Assembly: GCA_964016885.1 (NCBI GenBank)
Contig: OZ024746.1
Location: 52,452,001-52,516,000 of the forward strand
Length of the DNA stretch: 64,000 nucleotides
Direction: 5' to 3'
Source of the DNA: Eledone cirrhosa
Lineage: Eukaryota
Part shown: positions 63,781 through 64,000 of the stretch, one piece after another
How the letters are laid out: every line of letters begins with the position of its first letter
Numbering within the stretch: position 1 is the first letter of the stretch
Notes under the pieces: generated by a model
The model's input: only the letters and a program-made list of their open reading frames with translations
Database searches by the model: none
What the model was told of the DNA's origin: nothing
Position numbers and translations under genes: made by a program

Positions 63781-64000
63781 GTGATGGTAGTGTTGTTGTT
63801 GTTAATATTGTAGTTAGTGGTTGCTATGCTGGTAGTGTTGTTGTTGTTATTGTAGTTAGAGGTGGCTGAGATGGTAGTGTTGTTGTTGTTATTGTAGTTA
63901 GTGGTTGCTGAGATGGTAGTGTTGTTGTTGTTGTTATTGTAGTTAGTGGTTTCTGTGATGGTAGTGTTGTTGTTTTTGTTATTGTAGTTAGTGGTTGCTG

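Larger units (their letters stand above)
1..64000. repeat. GT-rich tandem minisatellite/satellite array, unit 42/45 bp (range about 36-48 bp), roughly 1,500 copies, extending past both window edges
   Basis: Every line matches TAGTTAGTGGTTGCTG(T/A)GATGGTAGT(GTT)nATTG with point variants. The 42-mer consensus has 21 T, 15 G, 5 A and 1 C. All units have the same orientation and no unique sequence interrupts them. Confidence 0.99.

Noticed and set aside
1-64000. CRISPR array (constant ~26-30 bp core plus a variable part)
   Set aside because: The variable part is only a (GTT)n tract. There are no unique spacers, palindromic repeat, leader or cas genes.
1-64000. Concatemeric cDNA from a reverse transcriptase or telomerase template
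   Set aside because: Variants are inherited in position-specific blocks and multi-kb duplications, which indicates DNA-level amplification. No RT gene is present in the window.
1-64000. G-quadruplex, hairpin or structured ncRNA
   Set aside because: There are only two GG doublets per unit, no GGG runs in the consensus, and almost no self-complementarity because C is nearly absent.
1-64000. Pure sequencing or low-complexity artefact
   Set aside because: Rare multi-base variants recur at consistent kb-scale offsets and form coherent domains, which random error would not produce. Exact copy numbers could still be misassembled.

Overview
All 64 kb is one tandem minisatellite/satellite array with no unique sequence and no visible edge. 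The + strand consensus unit is TAGTTAGTGGTTGCTG(T/A)GATGGTAGT(GTT)nATTG: 42 bp for n=4, 45 bp for n=5, with 36-39 bp units lacking the ATT, roughly 1,500 units in total. The strand is about 86% G+T with one C per unit. The array has variant-defined domains and nested higher-order duplications of about 84/87 bp, 2.6 kb, 3.2 kb and 4.0-4.7 kb, and possibly a macro-repeat of tens of kb. On the - strand the unit reads as a mucin-like peptide (ITTTTLPSQQPLTT). By eye that frame has no stop from 46603 to 29825 (about 5,590 codons) and no frameshift from 64000 to about 24548. Nearly all of its stops are TAG/TAA at the two Gln codons. This fits either a TAR=Gln genetic code or C>T decay, mostly at the single CWG site. 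A second - strand frame (NNNNNTTITATTNY) tends to be open where the first is closed. The simplest reading is a eukaryotic non-coding minisatellite whose ORFs are a by-product of triplet structure; a giant mucin-like exon cannot be excluded. No recognisable gene, RNA gene, mobile element or CRISPR array was found. All coordinates were read by eye and domain boundaries are approximate.
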